Shown piece by piece: positions 24,231 through 35,570 of a DNA stretch of 64,000 nt (position 1 is the first letter of the stretch; every line of letters begins with the position of its first letter). Origin of the DNA: Candidatus Atelocyanobacterium thalassae (GTDB lineage Bacteria > Cyanobacteriota > Cyanobacteriia > Cyanobacteriales > Microcystaceae); NCBI GenBank assembly GCA_051971635.1, contig JBFPLN010000003.1, positions 192,001 through 256,000 on the forward strand, written 5' to 3'. The translations under genes and the position numbers were made by a program. The notes beneath the pieces were generated by a model. It did no database searches. It saw only the letters and a list, made by a program, of their open reading frames with translations, and was not told the DNA's origin.

Positions 24231-24443
24231 ATTATTGTTCCTACCAGTATCTTAATTAGAAGAAAAATTAACGTAACTCGTTCAGTTATACATCTTACTA
24301 TAAAGCTAATAACGAAGTTTGACAACCTGTCTTTGGACAAAAGTTAATATTTTTGCTTTGCTTTAATGGATATATTGTCGATTAATATTTATTGATTAAT
24401 ATTTAGTAAAATATTACTAAATGTTAGTCAATAAAGCTTTATT

Positions 24444-24479
24444 AATATGATGGTCCATTAAATATTGAACCATCATATT
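24444..24479 (-). terminator. 3' hairpin downstream of typA
   Basis: AATATGATGGT / ACCATCATATT inverted repeat. Confidence 0.6.
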
Positions 24480-24513
24480 GTAGATATTTAGTCCTTTAAA
24501 CTAGTTTGCAAAA

Positions 24514-26307
24514 TCATTTTTTTGCTAACTTTTTTGTTTTAACTTTTCGTAAACGAATAGATTCTGGGGTTACCTCTACAAGTTCATCAGGACCAATATA
24601 CTCTAAAGCCCTTTCTAAATTCATATCCACTGGTGTTTGTAGCTGAACCAATTCTTCTCCACCTGAAGCACGGTGGTTAGTCAACTGTTTAGTTTTACAA
24701 ACATTTATTTCTATATCTGGTGGACGATTATGTTCTCCAATAATCATTCCTTTATATACTTTTGTACCGGGTGAAATAAAGAAAACTCCTCTATCTTCTC
24801 CATTTTTCATTGCATAAGAAGTTGATACACCTTCTTCAAAAGAAATCATTACACCGTTATAACGCGTCTCTAAATTACCAGAGATAGGACGGTAGTCTAA
24901 AAAGCTATGATTCATAATTCCATCTCCTCTTGAAAGGCGGATGAAATCTCCACGAAAACCTAGTAGACCTCTCGCAGGTATAATGAATTCAAGCTGCGTT
25001 CGTCCATTAACACCTGTTTCCATGTCTTGCATTTCCCCTTTTCTTTGTCCTAAGCGTTCCATACAAGATCCAACAGCCTCCTCAGGAACATCTAAAATTA
25101 AGTATTCAAAAGGCTCATGAGACCGTCCATCAATCTGTCTATAAATAACTTGGGGTTGAGCAACTTGAAACTCATAACCTTCTCTACGCATTGTTTCAAT
25201 AAGAATACCTAAATGCAATTCTCCTCTTCCTGAAACCAAAAATTTATCAGGAGTATCACCAATGTTTACTTTTAAAGCAACATTAGTTTCTAATTCCCTT
25301 ATTAATCGATCACGTAATTGTCGAGAAGTAACAAACTTACCTTCTTGTCCTGCAAAAGGAGAATCATTAACTGAAAACGTCATCTGTAGAGTAGGTTCAT
25401 CAACTTTGATCAAAGGTAATGGTTGAGGATTTTCAGGACAGGCTAAAGTCTCCCCAATATTGGCATCGGCGAAACCTGCTACAGCTACAATATTACCTGC
25501 AGTACTTTCTTTTAGCTCTACTCTTTGTAATCCTTCAAATCCTAAAAGCTTACTAATTTTTCCTTTAATATGACTACCATCTTCTTTAACTAGTATCGCC
25601 TGTTGTCCAGCAACAATTTTTCCATTATTAATACGACCTATTATGATACGTCCTAGATATTCTGAATAATCTAAAGTGGTAACTTGTATTTGTAAAGGTT
25701 TTTCCACATCTCCGGATGGAGGAGGAACACAGCGTAAAATCGTTTGGAAAAGAGGCTGCATGTCTACAGACTCATCTTCCAAATTTACTTTTGCAAATCC
25801 TGATATACCAGAAGCAAATAAAGTTGTAAAGTCACACTGGTCATCATCACCGCCCAATTCAACAAAGAGATCAAATACTTTATCAACAGCTTGATCTGGT
25901 TCAGCTTGAGGGCGATCAATTTTATTTACAACAACAATAGGACGTAAACCTTTTTCTAGAGCTTTTTTAAGTACGAAACGAGTCTGAGGCATAGGGCCTT
26001 CATTAGCGTCCACAATTAAAATACAACCATCAACCATTCCTAATACTCGTTCAACTTCCCCTCCAAAATCTGCGTGTCCAGGAGTATCAATGATGTTGAT
26101 TAAAGTATCTTCGTAACGGACGGCAGTGTTTTTTGATAAGATTGTAATACCACGTTCCCTTTCTAGAGTATTAGAATCCATCACACAGTCAGGAACTTCT
26201 TCTCCTTCACGGAAGACACCAGACTGTTTAAGAAGAGAGTCAACCAAGGTGGTTTTACCGTGATCGACGTGGGCGATGATAGCAACATTGCGAATGAGGA
26301 GAGACAT
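24514..26307 (-). CDS. typA: Translational GTPase TypA/BipA
   Basis: [45 protein letters not shown]. Confidence 0.97.
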   Translation of the reverse strand: MSLLIRNVAIIAHVDHGKTTLVDSLLKQSGVFREGEEVPDCVMDSNTLERERGITILSKNTAVRYEDTLINIIDTPGHADFGGEVERVLGMVDGCILIVDANEGPMPQTRFVLKKALEKGLRPIVVVNKIDRPQAEPDQAVDKVFDLFVELGGDDDQCDFTTLFASGISGFAKVNLEDESVDMQPLFQTILRCVPPPSGDVEKPLQIQVTTLDYSEYLGRIIIGRINNGKIVAGQQAILVKEDGSHIKGKISKLLGFEGLQRVELKESTAGNIVAVAGFADANIGETLACPENPQPLPLIKVDEPTLQMTFSVNDSPFAGQEGKFVTSRQLRDRLIRELETNVALKVNIGDTPDKFLVSGRGELHLGILIETMRREGYEFQVAQPQVIYRQIDGRSHEPFEYLILDVPEEAVGSCMERLGQRKGEMQDMETGVNGRTQLEFIIPARGLLGFRGDFIRLSRGDGIMNHSFLDYRPISGNLETRYNGVMISFEEGVSTSYAMKNGEDRGVFFISPGTKVYKGMIIGEHNRPPDIEINVCKTKQLTNHRASGGEELVQLQTPVDMNLERALEYIGPDELVEVTPESIRLRKVKTKKLAKK

Positions 26308-26375
26308 AGGATGCAGTAATGAAGGTAGTGTAGTTATACTACTGTTAGTTTCATTATAATTGTAACTTATATTAA

Positions 26376-26426
26376 AAAAGATCTAAAGAAAATATCAATT
26401 TTTATGATGTTTTCTTTAGATCTTTT
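26376..26426 (-). terminator. Long hairpin downstream of ssrA
   Basis: 22-bp inverted repeat with one mismatch: AAAAGATCTAAAGAAAATATCA / TGATGTTTTCTTTAGATCTTTT. Confidence 0.75.
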
Positions 26427-26521
26427 CTAAATATAATACTGTATGTACTTTACAAAAAATAATTTCCAAAGCAAATCTACTAATACTTAGTAGTTCTACA
26501 CAAATTATTTTGAGACTTCAA

Positions 26522-26906
26522 TGGAGCCGAGCAGAGTCGAACTGCTGTCCAAATTAGTTATTAACTTAAAGCTCATTCACAGGCTTAGCCTTTTTAGTCC
26601 TAAAGGCAGGAATTTACTCTTATACCCGAGTAAAAAGGTTACTCTGATAAATTTTTCTTAATAGTCCATCAGAGGCAACTTATTAAGATTATCCGTTGAG
26701 GGTTGATCTCTTACTTTTAACGGAGTCAAGTATGAGATAAGCGAATTCTATGAAAGAATTTTTAGGCAGCTACTGCCACGCGCTTGAAGCTTACGATGTT
26801 GTTCGCAGTTACTATTTTTTTGAGTCTTTGATTTACGAGAGGAGACTCACTCTCGACCTGCATCACAATTCAGCGTTTGCTAACCTGTCGAAGCCGTTGC
26901 GGCCCC
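26522..26906 (-). ncRNA. ssrA: tmRNA (one-piece); tag peptide ANNIVSFKRVAVAA encoded at 26806-26762
   Basis: 5' GGGGCCGCAACGGCTTCGAC; 3' T-arm GCAGTTCGACTCTGC and acceptor CGGCTCCA with a G3.U pair; cyanobacterial-type tag; CCA not encoded. Confidence 0.97.
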
Positions 26907-26921
26907 TAGATCATATTTGTA

Positions 26922-26950
26922 ATTATAGATATGATCTTAACTTTTTGCAA
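26922..26950 (-). promoter_or_regulatory. Sigma70-type promoter of ssrA
   Basis: TTGCAA-17 nt-TATAAT on the minus strand, 15 nt upstream of the tmRNA 5' end. Confidence 0.7.
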
Positions 26951-27037
26951 CGTAAAGACTTATTACATAATATAAAATTTATAATGAGCATCGCATTTTC
27001 TGATTTAAGCTGTCTAGATTAATAATTATTGATATTT

Positions 27038-28024
27038 ATGTTCCCTCTTAATCGTCCTCGTCGCTTACGCCGTAATGAAAAATTACGCAGTATGGTTTGT
27101 GAAACAAAATTAACACTAAATGATCTGATTTATCCTTTGTTTGCAGTTCCGGGAAATGATGTTACTAAAGAAGTCAAATCTATGCCTGGTATCTTTCAGT
27201 TATCTATAGATAAAATCGTAGATGAAGCAAAAATAGTGCGTGATCTAGGAATTCCATCAATTATCCTTTTTGGCATCCCAGAACATAAGAATATTCAAGC
27301 CACAGGTGCATGGGATAATCAAGGTATAGTACAAAAGGCCATCACTGCAATTAAAAAAGAAGTCCAAGATTTAATCGTCATTGTTGATACTTGTGTATGC
27401 GAATACACTAGTCACGGTCATTGTGGATATTTAAAAAAAGACGACCTTACTGGAGAAGTTTTAAATGATCCAACTCTACAACTATTAAAAAAGACTGCTG
27501 TTTCTCAAGCACTTGCAGGAGCTGATGTGATTGCACCTTCAGGTATGATGGACGGTTTCGTAAGATCTATTAGAGAAGAGTTAGATAAAGAGGGTTTTAC
27601 TAACATTCCCATTTTATCTTATGCAGCTAAATATGCTTCCGCTTATTATGGACCATTTCGAGATGCTGCAGATTCATCTCCACAGTTTGGTGATCGTCGT
27701 ACTTATCAAATGGATCCTGGTAATGCTAGAGAGGCTTTAAAGGAAGTTATGCTAGATGTTGAAGAAGGAGCAGATATGTTAATGGTCAAACCTGCATTGT
27801 CTTATATGGACATCATTTGGAGAATCAAAGAGATGACAAATCTCCCTATTGCTGCATATAATGTTTCGGGAGAATATTCTATGGTTAAAGCTGCGGCGGC
27901 TAATAACTGGATAGATGAAAAACAGGTAACACTAGAAACCTTAACTAGTTTTAAAAGAGCTGGCGCAGATCTTATCTTGACTTACCATGCAAAAGATGCC
28001 GCTCTTTGGCTACAAGGACAATAA
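27038..28024 (+). CDS. hemB: Porphobilinogen synthase (ALA dehydratase)
   Basis: [48 protein letters not shown]. Confidence 0.97.
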   Translation: MFPLNRPRRLRRNEKLRSMVCETKLTLNDLIYPLFAVPGNDVTKEVKSMPGIFQLSIDKIVDEAKIVRDLGIPSIILFGIPEHKNIQATGAWDNQGIVQKAITAIKKEVQDLIVIVDTCVCEYTSHGHCGYLKKDDLTGEVLNDPTLQLLKKTAVSQALAGADVIAPSGMMDGFVRSIREELDKEGFTNIPILSYAAKYASAYYGPFRDAADSSPQFGDRRTYQMDPGNAREALKEVMLDVEEGADMLMVKPALSYMDIIWRIKEMTNLPIAAYNVSGEYSMVKAAAANNWIDEKQVTLETLTSFKRAGADLILTYHAKDAALWLQGQ

Positions 28025-28069
28025 AATTTGATAGTCAATGATAAAACCTTATAAAAATTAAAATTTTAT

Positions 28070-28106
28070 GTTTTTGATCTACCATTCTACTCAGCAGATC
28101 AAAAAC
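28070..28106 (+). terminator. Intrinsic terminator after hemB
   Basis: GTTTTTGATCT / AGATCAAAAAC inverted repeat followed by a T-rich tract. Confidence 0.6.
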
Positions 28107-28305
28107 TTTATTTTTATTATGAATATGATTAAGATATACATATAAGTTAAGTGCCTGTTTTCCCTGAAAATTAATATAACTAATTAAAAAAGCTTACCAA
28201 TGAACATGTGTTTTACAAGATAAAAGCATTTTTAATACAATATATTTTGCTAATAAACATATATTGTGCTACTATATATTAGGTTTGAAAACATAGAAAC
28301 CTTTC

Positions 28306-28376
28306 GCGGGTGTAGTTTAGTGGTAAAACCTTAGCCTTCCAAGCTAATGATGGGGGTTCGATTCCCCCCACCCGCT
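28306..28376 (+). tRNA. trnG: tRNA-Gly(TCC)
   Basis: GCGGGTG/CACCCGC acceptor stem, anticodon arm TTAGC-CTTCCAA-GCTAA, GGTTCGATTCC T-loop. Confidence 0.97.
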
Positions 28377-28438
28377 TTATTAAAATTGAATTATATGGTA
28401 ATAATGTTTTAAGGTCATGAGGTAAATGACGGTTATTT

Positions 28439-29269
28439 ATGTTACTAGGACTTCAATTTCAATCTCCTGGTCCTATAATATTCGAATTAGGATCTTTAAT
28501 TTTAAGATGGTACGGTTTTCTAATTGCTTCTGCAGTTTTGATTGGAATTACATTATCAAAATGGTTAGCAAAATTTCGTCAAATTGATCCAGAGATAATA
28601 AGTGATTTAGCAATCTGGCTAGTAATAGCTGCTATTCCTTGTGCAAGAATTTATTATGTTATATTGCAGTGGCACGTTTATAGACAATATCCAGAAGATA
28701 TAATTGCTGTCTGGAAAGGAGGCATTGCTATTCATGGAGCTATGATTGGAGGAATCTTATCCACTTTGATCTTTGCAAGTTTAAATAAAATTTCTGTCTG
28801 GCAATTAACTGATTTGGTGGTTCCGTCTGTAGCATTAGGGCAATCTATTGGTAGATGGGGAAATTTCTTTAACTCTGAAGCTTTTGGAATACCAACTAAT
28901 TTACCGTGGAAACTATATATTCCTTTAATAAATCGTCCAGCAGAGTATATTTCTTATGAATATTTTCACCCTACTTTTTTATATGAATCTATCTGGGATT
29001 TTTTAGTTTTTATAATTTTATTAAATTTATTCTTTTTTGGATTAAAATATCCAAACTATTTCTATACTGGAACTTTATCGTTGGTATATTTAATAATATA
29101 TAGTTTTGGCAGAACTCTTATAGAGGCCCTCAGAACAGATAGTTTAATTCTAGGACCATTTAGAGCAGCACAGGTTATTAGTTTAATTATGATTATGTCA
29201 GGAATATTTGGACTAGTGTGGTTATATCTTTTAAATAAATCTTTGCCAGATGTAGTCTCTCATAAATAA
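28439..29269 (+). CDS. lgt: Prolipoprotein diacylglyceryl transferase
   Basis: RWYG, WKGGIAIHG, GQSIGRWGNFFNSEAFG, HPTFLYES. Confidence 0.96.
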   Translation: MLLGLQFQSPGPIIFELGSLILRWYGFLIASAVLIGITLSKWLAKFRQIDPEIISDLAIWLVIAAIPCARIYYVILQWHVYRQYPEDIIAVWKGGIAIHGAMIGGILSTLIFASLNKISVWQLTDLVVPSVALGQSIGRWGNFFNSEAFGIPTNLPWKLYIPLINRPAEYISYEYFHPTFLYESIWDFLVFIILLNLFFFGLKYPNYFYTGTLSLVYLIIYSFGRTLIEALRTDSLILGPFRAAQVISLIMIMSGIFGLVWLYLLNKSLPDVVSHK

Positions 29270-29380
29270 GGCCATGATATCAATCTTCCTAGCTTCATTA
29301 TTGTAATGAAATTTAGATTGAATGATGTATTTGGCTTTTAATTTTTTTTTACTAAACGCTTTACATTCATCTCTTACAAT

Positions 29381-31819
29381 ATGAAAACGCTACAATCACT
29401 AACAAAGAACTTAGTAGAACTTATACGAGAAAATTATTCTAAACATTTCGGACAAAAGAAAAAAAACAACTTTGAATCAGAAATCATCTACGAATCAAAT
29501 TGGTTAACCAAGCTACATCAATCAGAATTAATTAAAAAAACTTACCCACCATTAATGTGGGGGGTAACTGTTATATCACTTTCTAGCGTTATAGGATATC
29601 GCTTTTATAATCAACCTCAATTATCTGTAGGAACTATTTCACCCGTAAAAGTCATTGCTCCTAAAAACGGTACTTTTGAAGATAGAAAAACTACTGAAGA
29701 TAAACGAAAAGAAGTCCGTACAGGTGTTATTCCTGTCTTAAAGAGAGATCCAAAGCTGACAAAAGAACTTAAAGGAGAGCTTAAAAAGACTGTTTCTGAA
29801 ATTGAACAGTTACGTAAAAAGATAAATCTTTTCTCTTCTATTGATGTTGTGATTATTCCTCTCGCTACTCAAAAATATTTAAGAAAGGTAAACGAAAGAG
29901 ATTGGCAAATAATTCAGCTAGTAATTATTAATCGCAATTTTCAAAATATACCAAAATCAAAACCTAAAATTAGGCAGGTGATTTCTCAATTGGTTGCCTA
30001 TAGTAAAGCAACTTCCTTAACGTCTCTTAAAAGTCTTTTGGAGAAAATTGAGCAATCTCGACAACTCTACAATCAAACTAAAGCTGAAGTTTCAAACAAT
30101 CAAACATCTTATTTAACATCAGAACTGTTTACGACCTTTTTAAGCCTTGACGACTATACTTGGCAAACTACAGAAAAAATATTGCAAACGACTTTAAATA
30201 GAATTCTTCTTCAAGGACTTCATCCTGGAATTCCTGATTACTTACTAAAAGAAATAATTAGTATCCAACTTGAATCTACTACTTCAGCCGTTCCAAAACC
30301 AGCCATAACTCAGCTTTTAATGAGAATCCTCAAAAGTCAACATAATTTAACAGTAGACAAGGAAGCAACAAAGCAAAGAGTAGAACAGGCTGCTCAAGCG
30401 GTTGAAGCGGTTATAGTAAAAGTTAAAGCAGGAGATATAATTGTAGAAGTAGGAGAGTACATTACTCAAGAGAAATTTGTTCTTCTTGATAGCTTTAGAT
30501 TAAGCCGCAGGGGAATCAATTGGTTTGGATTATCAATTTCTGTACTAATAGTTATAGGTACAGTGGCTATATTTTGTTTAATTAGTCAAAGAATTAATCA
30601 CTCTATACGGCGGAGAGACCATATCTTAATTTGTTTATTAAGTTTAAGTACTCCGCTTCTAGGAATTTTTAATTTAGGTTATACAAATCTTCCGGCTATA
30701 GGATTACTATCTAGTAGTTTTTATGGTCCTACTTTGGCAATAACCCAGGTAGTTTTGTTGAGTGGTCTATCAGCATTCGCAGCGACTAATATTAATTGGA
30801 GTTATATTCTAGCAGGAACTGCAGGCGGTCTGCTAGCTGCTTCTGTAGCTTGGAAACTAAGATCTCGTGATGAGCTAGCCTGCTTAGGTGGAGTGGTTGG
30901 TATAGTACAAGGAAGTCTTTATTTTATTGGTTATCTAATTATAGTTCCAGCAGTAGGAACAATTTGGTCAGTAATTTTGCCTGAATCAATGATTTATGGC
31001 TTATCCGGAATTGCTTGGAGTGTAATGGGCTTAGGAATTTCTCCTTATTTAGAGCGATTATTTGACTTGGTAACACCAATTAGATTGGTAGAGTTGGCTA
31101 ATCCAAATTGTGGATTATTAAAAAGACTAGCAACAGAAACACCAGGGACATTTCAACACACCCTTTTCGTTGCGTGTCTAGCAGAGGCAGCTGCGAGAGA
31201 ATTAGACTGCAATGTTGAATTGATAAGAACTGGAACTTTGTATCATGATATTGGAAAACTACACGATCCCATGGGTTTTATTGAAAACCAAATGGGAGCT
31301 CCTAATAAACATGACTTAATAAATGATCCATGGCAAAGTGTACAAATTATTAAAAAACATGTTAGCGAAGGTTTGGCTATGGCAAATAAATATGGCTTAC
31401 CAAAAGTAATTCGTGATTTCATTCCTGAGCATCAAGGTACACTATTAATATCTTATTTTTATCATCAAGCAGCACAAGAGGCACAAAATAATGGACAAGA
31501 TGAAATTCCTGAAGAAGGATTTAGATATGCTGGTCCTATTCCACAATTACGTGAGACAGGAATTGTTATGTTAGCGGATGGATGTGAGGCTGCATTAAGG
31601 TCCTTAAAAGAAGCAACTCCAGAGATGGCTTTAGTAATGGTTCAAAAAATTTTTAAAGCTCGTTGGCGTGACAATCAGTTAAAAGATAGCGGAATTAAAT
31701 ATGAGGAATTATCTATAATTGCTGAAGTTTTTGTTAAAGTTTGGCAGCAATTCCACCATCAAAGAATTGTTTATCCAAAATCTGCTCTTGAGCCCACAAA
31801 CAACAACAAAGTAAGTTAA
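29381..31819 (+). CDS. 7TM-HD family phosphohydrolase (PgpH-like; putative c-di-AMP phosphodiesterase)
   Basis: Extracellular domain, about 7 TM helices, PGTFQH, YHDIGK, FIENQ, EHQGT, MLADGCEAA. Confidence 0.88.
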   Translation: MKTLQSLTKNLVELIRENYSKHFGQKKKNNFESEIIYESNWLTKLHQSELIKKTYPPLMWGVTVISLSSVIGYRFYNQPQLSVGTISPVKVIAPKNGTFEDRKTTEDKRKEVRTGVIPVLKRDPKLTKELKGELKKTVSEIEQLRKKINLFSSIDVVIIPLATQKYLRKVNERDWQIIQLVIINRNFQNIPKSKPKIRQVISQLVAYSKATSLTSLKSLLEKIEQSRQLYNQTKAEVSNNQTSYLTSELFTTFLSLDDYTWQTTEKILQTTLNRILLQGLHPGIPDYLLKEIISIQLESTTSAVPKPAITQLLMRILKSQHNLTVDKEATKQRVEQAAQAVEAVIVKVKAGDIIVEVGEYITQEKFVLLDSFRLSRRGINWFGLSISVLIVIGTVAIFCLISQRINHSIRRRDHILICLLSLSTPLLGIFNLGYTNLPAIGLLSSSFYGPTLAITQVVLLSGLSAFAATNINWSYILAGTAGGLLAASVAWKLRSRDELACLGGVVGIVQGSLYFIGYLIIVPAVGTIWSVILPESMIYGLSGIAWSVMGLGISPYLERLFDLVTPIRLVELANPNCGLLKRLATETPGTFQHTLFVACLAEAAARELDCNVELIRTGTLYHDIGKLHDPMGFIENQMGAPNKHDLINDPWQSVQIIKKHVSEGLAMANKYGLPKVIRDFIPEHQGTLLISYFYHQAAQEAQNNGQDEIPEEGFRYAGPIPQLRETGIVMLADGCEAALRSLKEATPEMALVMVQKIFKARWRDNQLKDSGIKYEELSIIAEVFVKVWQQFHHQRIVYPKSALEPTNNNKVS

Positions 31820-31840
31820 TTTTTAAAAGGAATGTATTAG

Positions 31841-32998
31841 ATGAACTTTGGAAAGTATGTTTTTTCAAAACAAATATTAATTAGTATCTTGTTTCTTACT
31901 TTAAATGCTTGCAATAATAATAGCTTTTTAGAAACAAGATTATTTCCTAAAATTAAGCCGAGTAAAAATATAGAATCTAAATTATTATCTAAACACAAAA
32001 TTCTTACTTATTATCCATCAACTATACCTCAGCATCCCAACTCATATATAGAGAAAATACCGGAAACATTAACAAACGATAAAGGTATTATTTTTTTTCT
32101 GTCTAATGATTCTGTAAGTAGAATAAGTGATTTTTATAATCAACAATTTAAATCAGATTTTTGGGAAGTTGCCGAAATTCCTAGTGAAGAAAATAAAAGT
32201 TTTATAGCTAGAAAAAATGCATTAGAAGTGAAATTAGTATTTTTATCTCATAATACAATAACTAATTATTTTATAGCTTATACAAATACAAAAAATTCTG
32301 TTAAGCAAGCAGCAAAAGAAAATTATGGTAATGAGATTGGAAAGTTTAAGAATATTCCAGAAGCTTTATATTCATATATCAAAGATTTATCGATGTTAGG
32401 AACGCTAGATTTAGAAATCAATGGAGTAGATAATCAACTAATTGACATAAATGCTAAAGTAAATCGAAGAACTTATGCAAAATGGCTTTTTAAAACGTAC
32501 AACAAATTTTATCAGGACGTTCCAGAGAAACAAATAAGATCGGTAGCAGTTAATTCAAAACCTCTTTTTTCTGATGTTCCTCTTGATGATCCAGACTATT
32601 TGTTTATACAGGGATTAGCAGAGGCAGGAATTATTTCATCTTCCTTAAATGAAGATAATAATTCGTTACTATTTTATCCTGATACTTATCTAACAAGAGA
32701 AGATCTGATAACTTGGAAGGTTCCTCTAGATATAGGCAAGGGATTACCGAGAATTTCTGCTATGCATATTGAAAAAAGTTGGGAGTTTCAAGATATCACA
32801 ACAATTAATATAAAAGCTAGACAAGCTTTATACATAGATTTTCATAATAAAGATAAATCTAATATCCGTCGTGTTTTTGGTTATATCATATTATTTCAGC
32901 CTCAAAAACCAGTTACATTAGCTGAAGCAATTTCTAGTTTATGGTATTTTGGACATCAAGAAAAAGGATTTTCAGCAAGTGATATCTTACTAAGGTAA
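31841..32998 (+). CDS. S-layer-homology (SLH) domain lipoprotein
   Basis: Lipobox LNAC; FSDVP..DPDY..IQGLAEAGII, FYPD..LTRE, FQPQKPVT. Confidence 0.8.
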   Translation: MNFGKYVFSKQILISILFLTLNACNNNSFLETRLFPKIKPSKNIESKLLSKHKILTYYPSTIPQHPNSYIEKIPETLTNDKGIIFFLSNDSVSRISDFYNQQFKSDFWEVAEIPSEENKSFIARKNALEVKLVFLSHNTITNYFIAYTNTKNSVKQAAKENYGNEIGKFKNIPEALYSYIKDLSMLGTLDLEINGVDNQLIDINAKVNRRTYAKWLFKTYNKFYQDVPEKQIRSVAVNSKPLFSDVPLDDPDYLFIQGLAEAGIISSSLNEDNNSLLFYPDTYLTREDLITWKVPLDIGKGLPRISAMHIEKSWEFQDITTINIKARQALYIDFHNKDKSNIRRVFGYIILFQPQKPVTLAEAISSLWYFGHQEKGFSASDILLR

Positions 32999-33181
32999 AA
33001 GATTTATATCAATTTCAAAGACCACCATAATAATTAGTTGTAATTTATAGATAAAATGAAAAATACTTTTATACTTTACTTTGTAAAAATTAAAACTTAA
33101 TTGTTATTATTTGTATAATTTAACAATTTTTAAGCTTTTCATTGTATTAGTTCTTTAAAAGTGTAAATTAACAGAAACTCC

Positions 33182-34330
33182 ATGAAATATATGATTGACA
33201 AACCAATTAAGCCTTTTTATTTTGATTTGACAGAGGAAGAAATAGATTTATTTAAGAATGAATGTGGAAAAATTCTTACTTCAGGTAAACTAATTCTAGG
33301 AGAAAATACCCTAGCATTCGAAAAAGCTTTTGCTGAATATGTAGGAGTAAAACATGCAATTGCTGTTAATACTGGATCTTCTGGCTTAGAGATCATTTTA
33401 AGACTAAAAAAGGTACAAAATACGACTGTATTGGTACCAACAAATACAAATTTTGCTACTGTAGCTGCCATATTGAGAGCTGGAGGTACAGTAAAATATC
33501 TAGATATGGATGAGAATACATTTGCACCCTCTTTACAAATGGTAATGGATGCAATTAAGGAAAGTGTAACTCCTTCCATTTCTGGGATACTATGGGTTCA
33601 TATTGGGGGAGTAATTTCTTCGGAATTTCCTGCAATAGTAAACTACTGTCATGACAACGGTCTATTTGTATTGGAAGATACTGCTCATGCTCATGGAAGT
33701 CAAATTAATGGAATTCAAGCTGGTAATTTGGCAGATGGTGCTGCTTTTTCTTTCTTCCCTACCAAGATTATGACGACTTTTGAGGGAGGAATGATTACTC
33801 TTAATGATCAAGAAGAAGATTATATTGCCCGTTCATTAAGAAATCAGGGCAAGAGGGGAATGGACTTTGGTGGATTACATACAGACTTTGGAAATAGCAG
33901 TCGTATGACAGAAGTTCATGCAGTGTTAGGACTTATTCAACTAGCTAAGTTATCGAAAATGATTGCTAAAAGGCAAAAATGTTATGAGATAATTACTAAA
34001 CATTTAAGAAGAGCACATATTAAATTTGTTTCTACAGACCATATGGATACTGCTAGTCAATATAAGCTGATAGTTTTATTGCCTGAAGATAAAAGCGTGG
34101 AAAAAATAAAAAAATCTTTATCTAAAGAAAAGATAATTTTAGGAGGGGAAGTTTATCAAATTCCCTGTCACTTACAACCTGTTTTTCAAGATATTAATAT
34201 AAGAAAGAATCTTCCTAATGCCGAGTATTGGTGTCCTCGTCATATTTGTCCTCCACTTACATCTGGAATGACAGAGGAGGAAGCAGATATTACGGGAGAG
34301 ATATTAGTAAAATATCTAACAGCTAGTTAA
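33182..34330 (+). CDS. DegT/DnrJ/EryC1/StrS family PLP-dependent sugar aminotransferase
   Basis: FEKAFAEYVG, VHIGG, EDTAHAHG, FSFFPTK(PLP lysine)IMTTFEGGMI. Confidence 0.9.
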   Translation: MKYMIDKPIKPFYFDLTEEEIDLFKNECGKILTSGKLILGENTLAFEKAFAEYVGVKHAIAVNTGSSGLEIILRLKKVQNTTVLVPTNTNFATVAAILRAGGTVKYLDMDENTFAPSLQMVMDAIKESVTPSISGILWVHIGGVISSEFPAIVNYCHDNGLFVLEDTAHAHGSQINGIQAGNLADGAAFSFFPTKIMTTFEGGMITLNDQEEDYIARSLRNQGKRGMDFGGLHTDFGNSSRMTEVHAVLGLIQLAKLSKMIAKRQKCYEIITKHLRRAHIKFVSTDHMDTASQYKLIVLLPEDKSVEKIKKSLSKEKIILGGEVYQIPCHLQPVFQDINIRKNLPNAEYWCPRHICPPLTSGMTEEEADITGEILVKYLTAS

Positions 34331-34467
34331 TTATTAATCGTGTTATGCGCCTATACTTAAATAAAATTAGAAATTATCTTTTCCTATGTGAGCCATAGTT
34401 CAAGAATTTCCATGTTTCTAAGAAATTATAAATTGACCAATTAACATTAATAGAAATACTATTAACT

Positions 34468-34516
34468 ATATTCTTCAGTAGTAACAGTCAAAGTACTTGT
34501 TATTACTGAAGAATAT
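34468..34516. terminator. Hairpin between convergent aminotransferase and cysK
   Basis: 19-bp inverted repeat with one mismatch: ATATTCTTCAGTAGTAACA / TGTTATTACTGAAGAATAT. Confidence 0.75.
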
Positions 34517-34550
34517 GATTTATTTCTATGATTATTTAAAATTACTGGCC

Positions 34551-35498
34551 TTAATCAGATGTTTCTAAATCTTGAAATAAAATAGTACTCAAATAACGCT
34601 CACCGAAACTTGGCTGTATCATCACAATTAATTTGTTTTTATTTTCTGTTCGTTTACCAATTTTTATTGCAGCACATAAAGCCGCACCTGTAGATATACC
34701 TGATAATAAACCTTCTTCTTTAGCAAGTCGCCGTGCATATTCAACTGCTTCTGTATCTTGAACTGTAACTATTTCATCAATTAAATTGACGTCCAAAACT
34801 TTTGGAATAAAGCCTGCTCCAATACCTTGAATTTTGTGCCCTCCTGGACTTCCTCCTGAAAGTATTGGACTATTAGATGGCTCAACTGCAATTGCTTGAA
34901 AGTTTGGTCTTCTTCCTTTAATAACACTTGCAATTCCAGTAATTGTGCCTCCAGTACCTACACCAGCAATAAGAATGTCTATCTTACCATCAGTATCTTC
35001 CCAGATTTCTTCTGCTGTAGTTGAACGATGTATTTGAGGATTAGCAGGATTATTAAACTGCTGCAACATATAAGTATTAGGCAAGCTATCTGCTATTTCC
35101 TGAGCTCTACGAATACAGCCACCCATTCCATCACTACCTGGAGTTAGTTCTAATTGTGCTCCATAAGCCTTCAACATTGCACGACGTTCTTTACTCATAG
35201 TATCTGGCATCGTTAAAATTAGATCATACCCTTTAGCAGCTGCTACCATAGCTAGAGCAATGCCTGTATTGCCTGATGTAGGTTCTACTAATAAAGTTGT
35301 ACCAGGAGTAATTAATCCTTCTTTTTCAGCCATGTTAATCATATTAATTCCAATACGATCTTTTACTGAAGCTGCTGGATTCATGCTTTCTAACTTGACT
35401 ACAATATTCGCTACACAGCCTTCTGCCTGAGGAATATGATTTAATTGTACAAGTGGAGTCTGGCCAATAAGTTCTGTAATATTTTGTGCTATTCTCAT
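34551..35498 (-). CDS. cysK: Cysteine synthase A
   Basis: [44 protein letters not shown]. Confidence 0.96.
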   Translation of the reverse strand: MRIAQNITELIGQTPLVQLNHIPQAEGCVANIVVKLESMNPAASVKDRIGINMINMAEKEGLITPGTTLLVEPTSGNTGIALAMVAAAKGYDLILTMPDTMSKERRAMLKAYGAQLELTPGSDGMGGCIRRAQEIADSLPNTYMLQQFNNPANPQIHRSTTAEEIWEDTDGKIDILIAGVGTGGTITGIASVIKGRRPNFQAIAVEPSNSPILSGGSPGGHKIQGIGAGFIPKVLDVNLIDEIVTVQDTEAVEYARRLAKEEGLLSGISTGAALCAAIKIGKRTENKNKLIVMIQPSFGERYLSTILFQDLETSD

Positions 35499-35570
35499 AA
35501 GTTTTTTATGCCTATTTATAAATTTCGTACTTTACTGTTTTAATACCTTATGAGATATTTTTAGTAATTT

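Noticed and set aside
26750..27022. 90-aa + strand ORF
   Set aside because: Antisense shadow of the tmRNA and its promoter; no recognisable protein features
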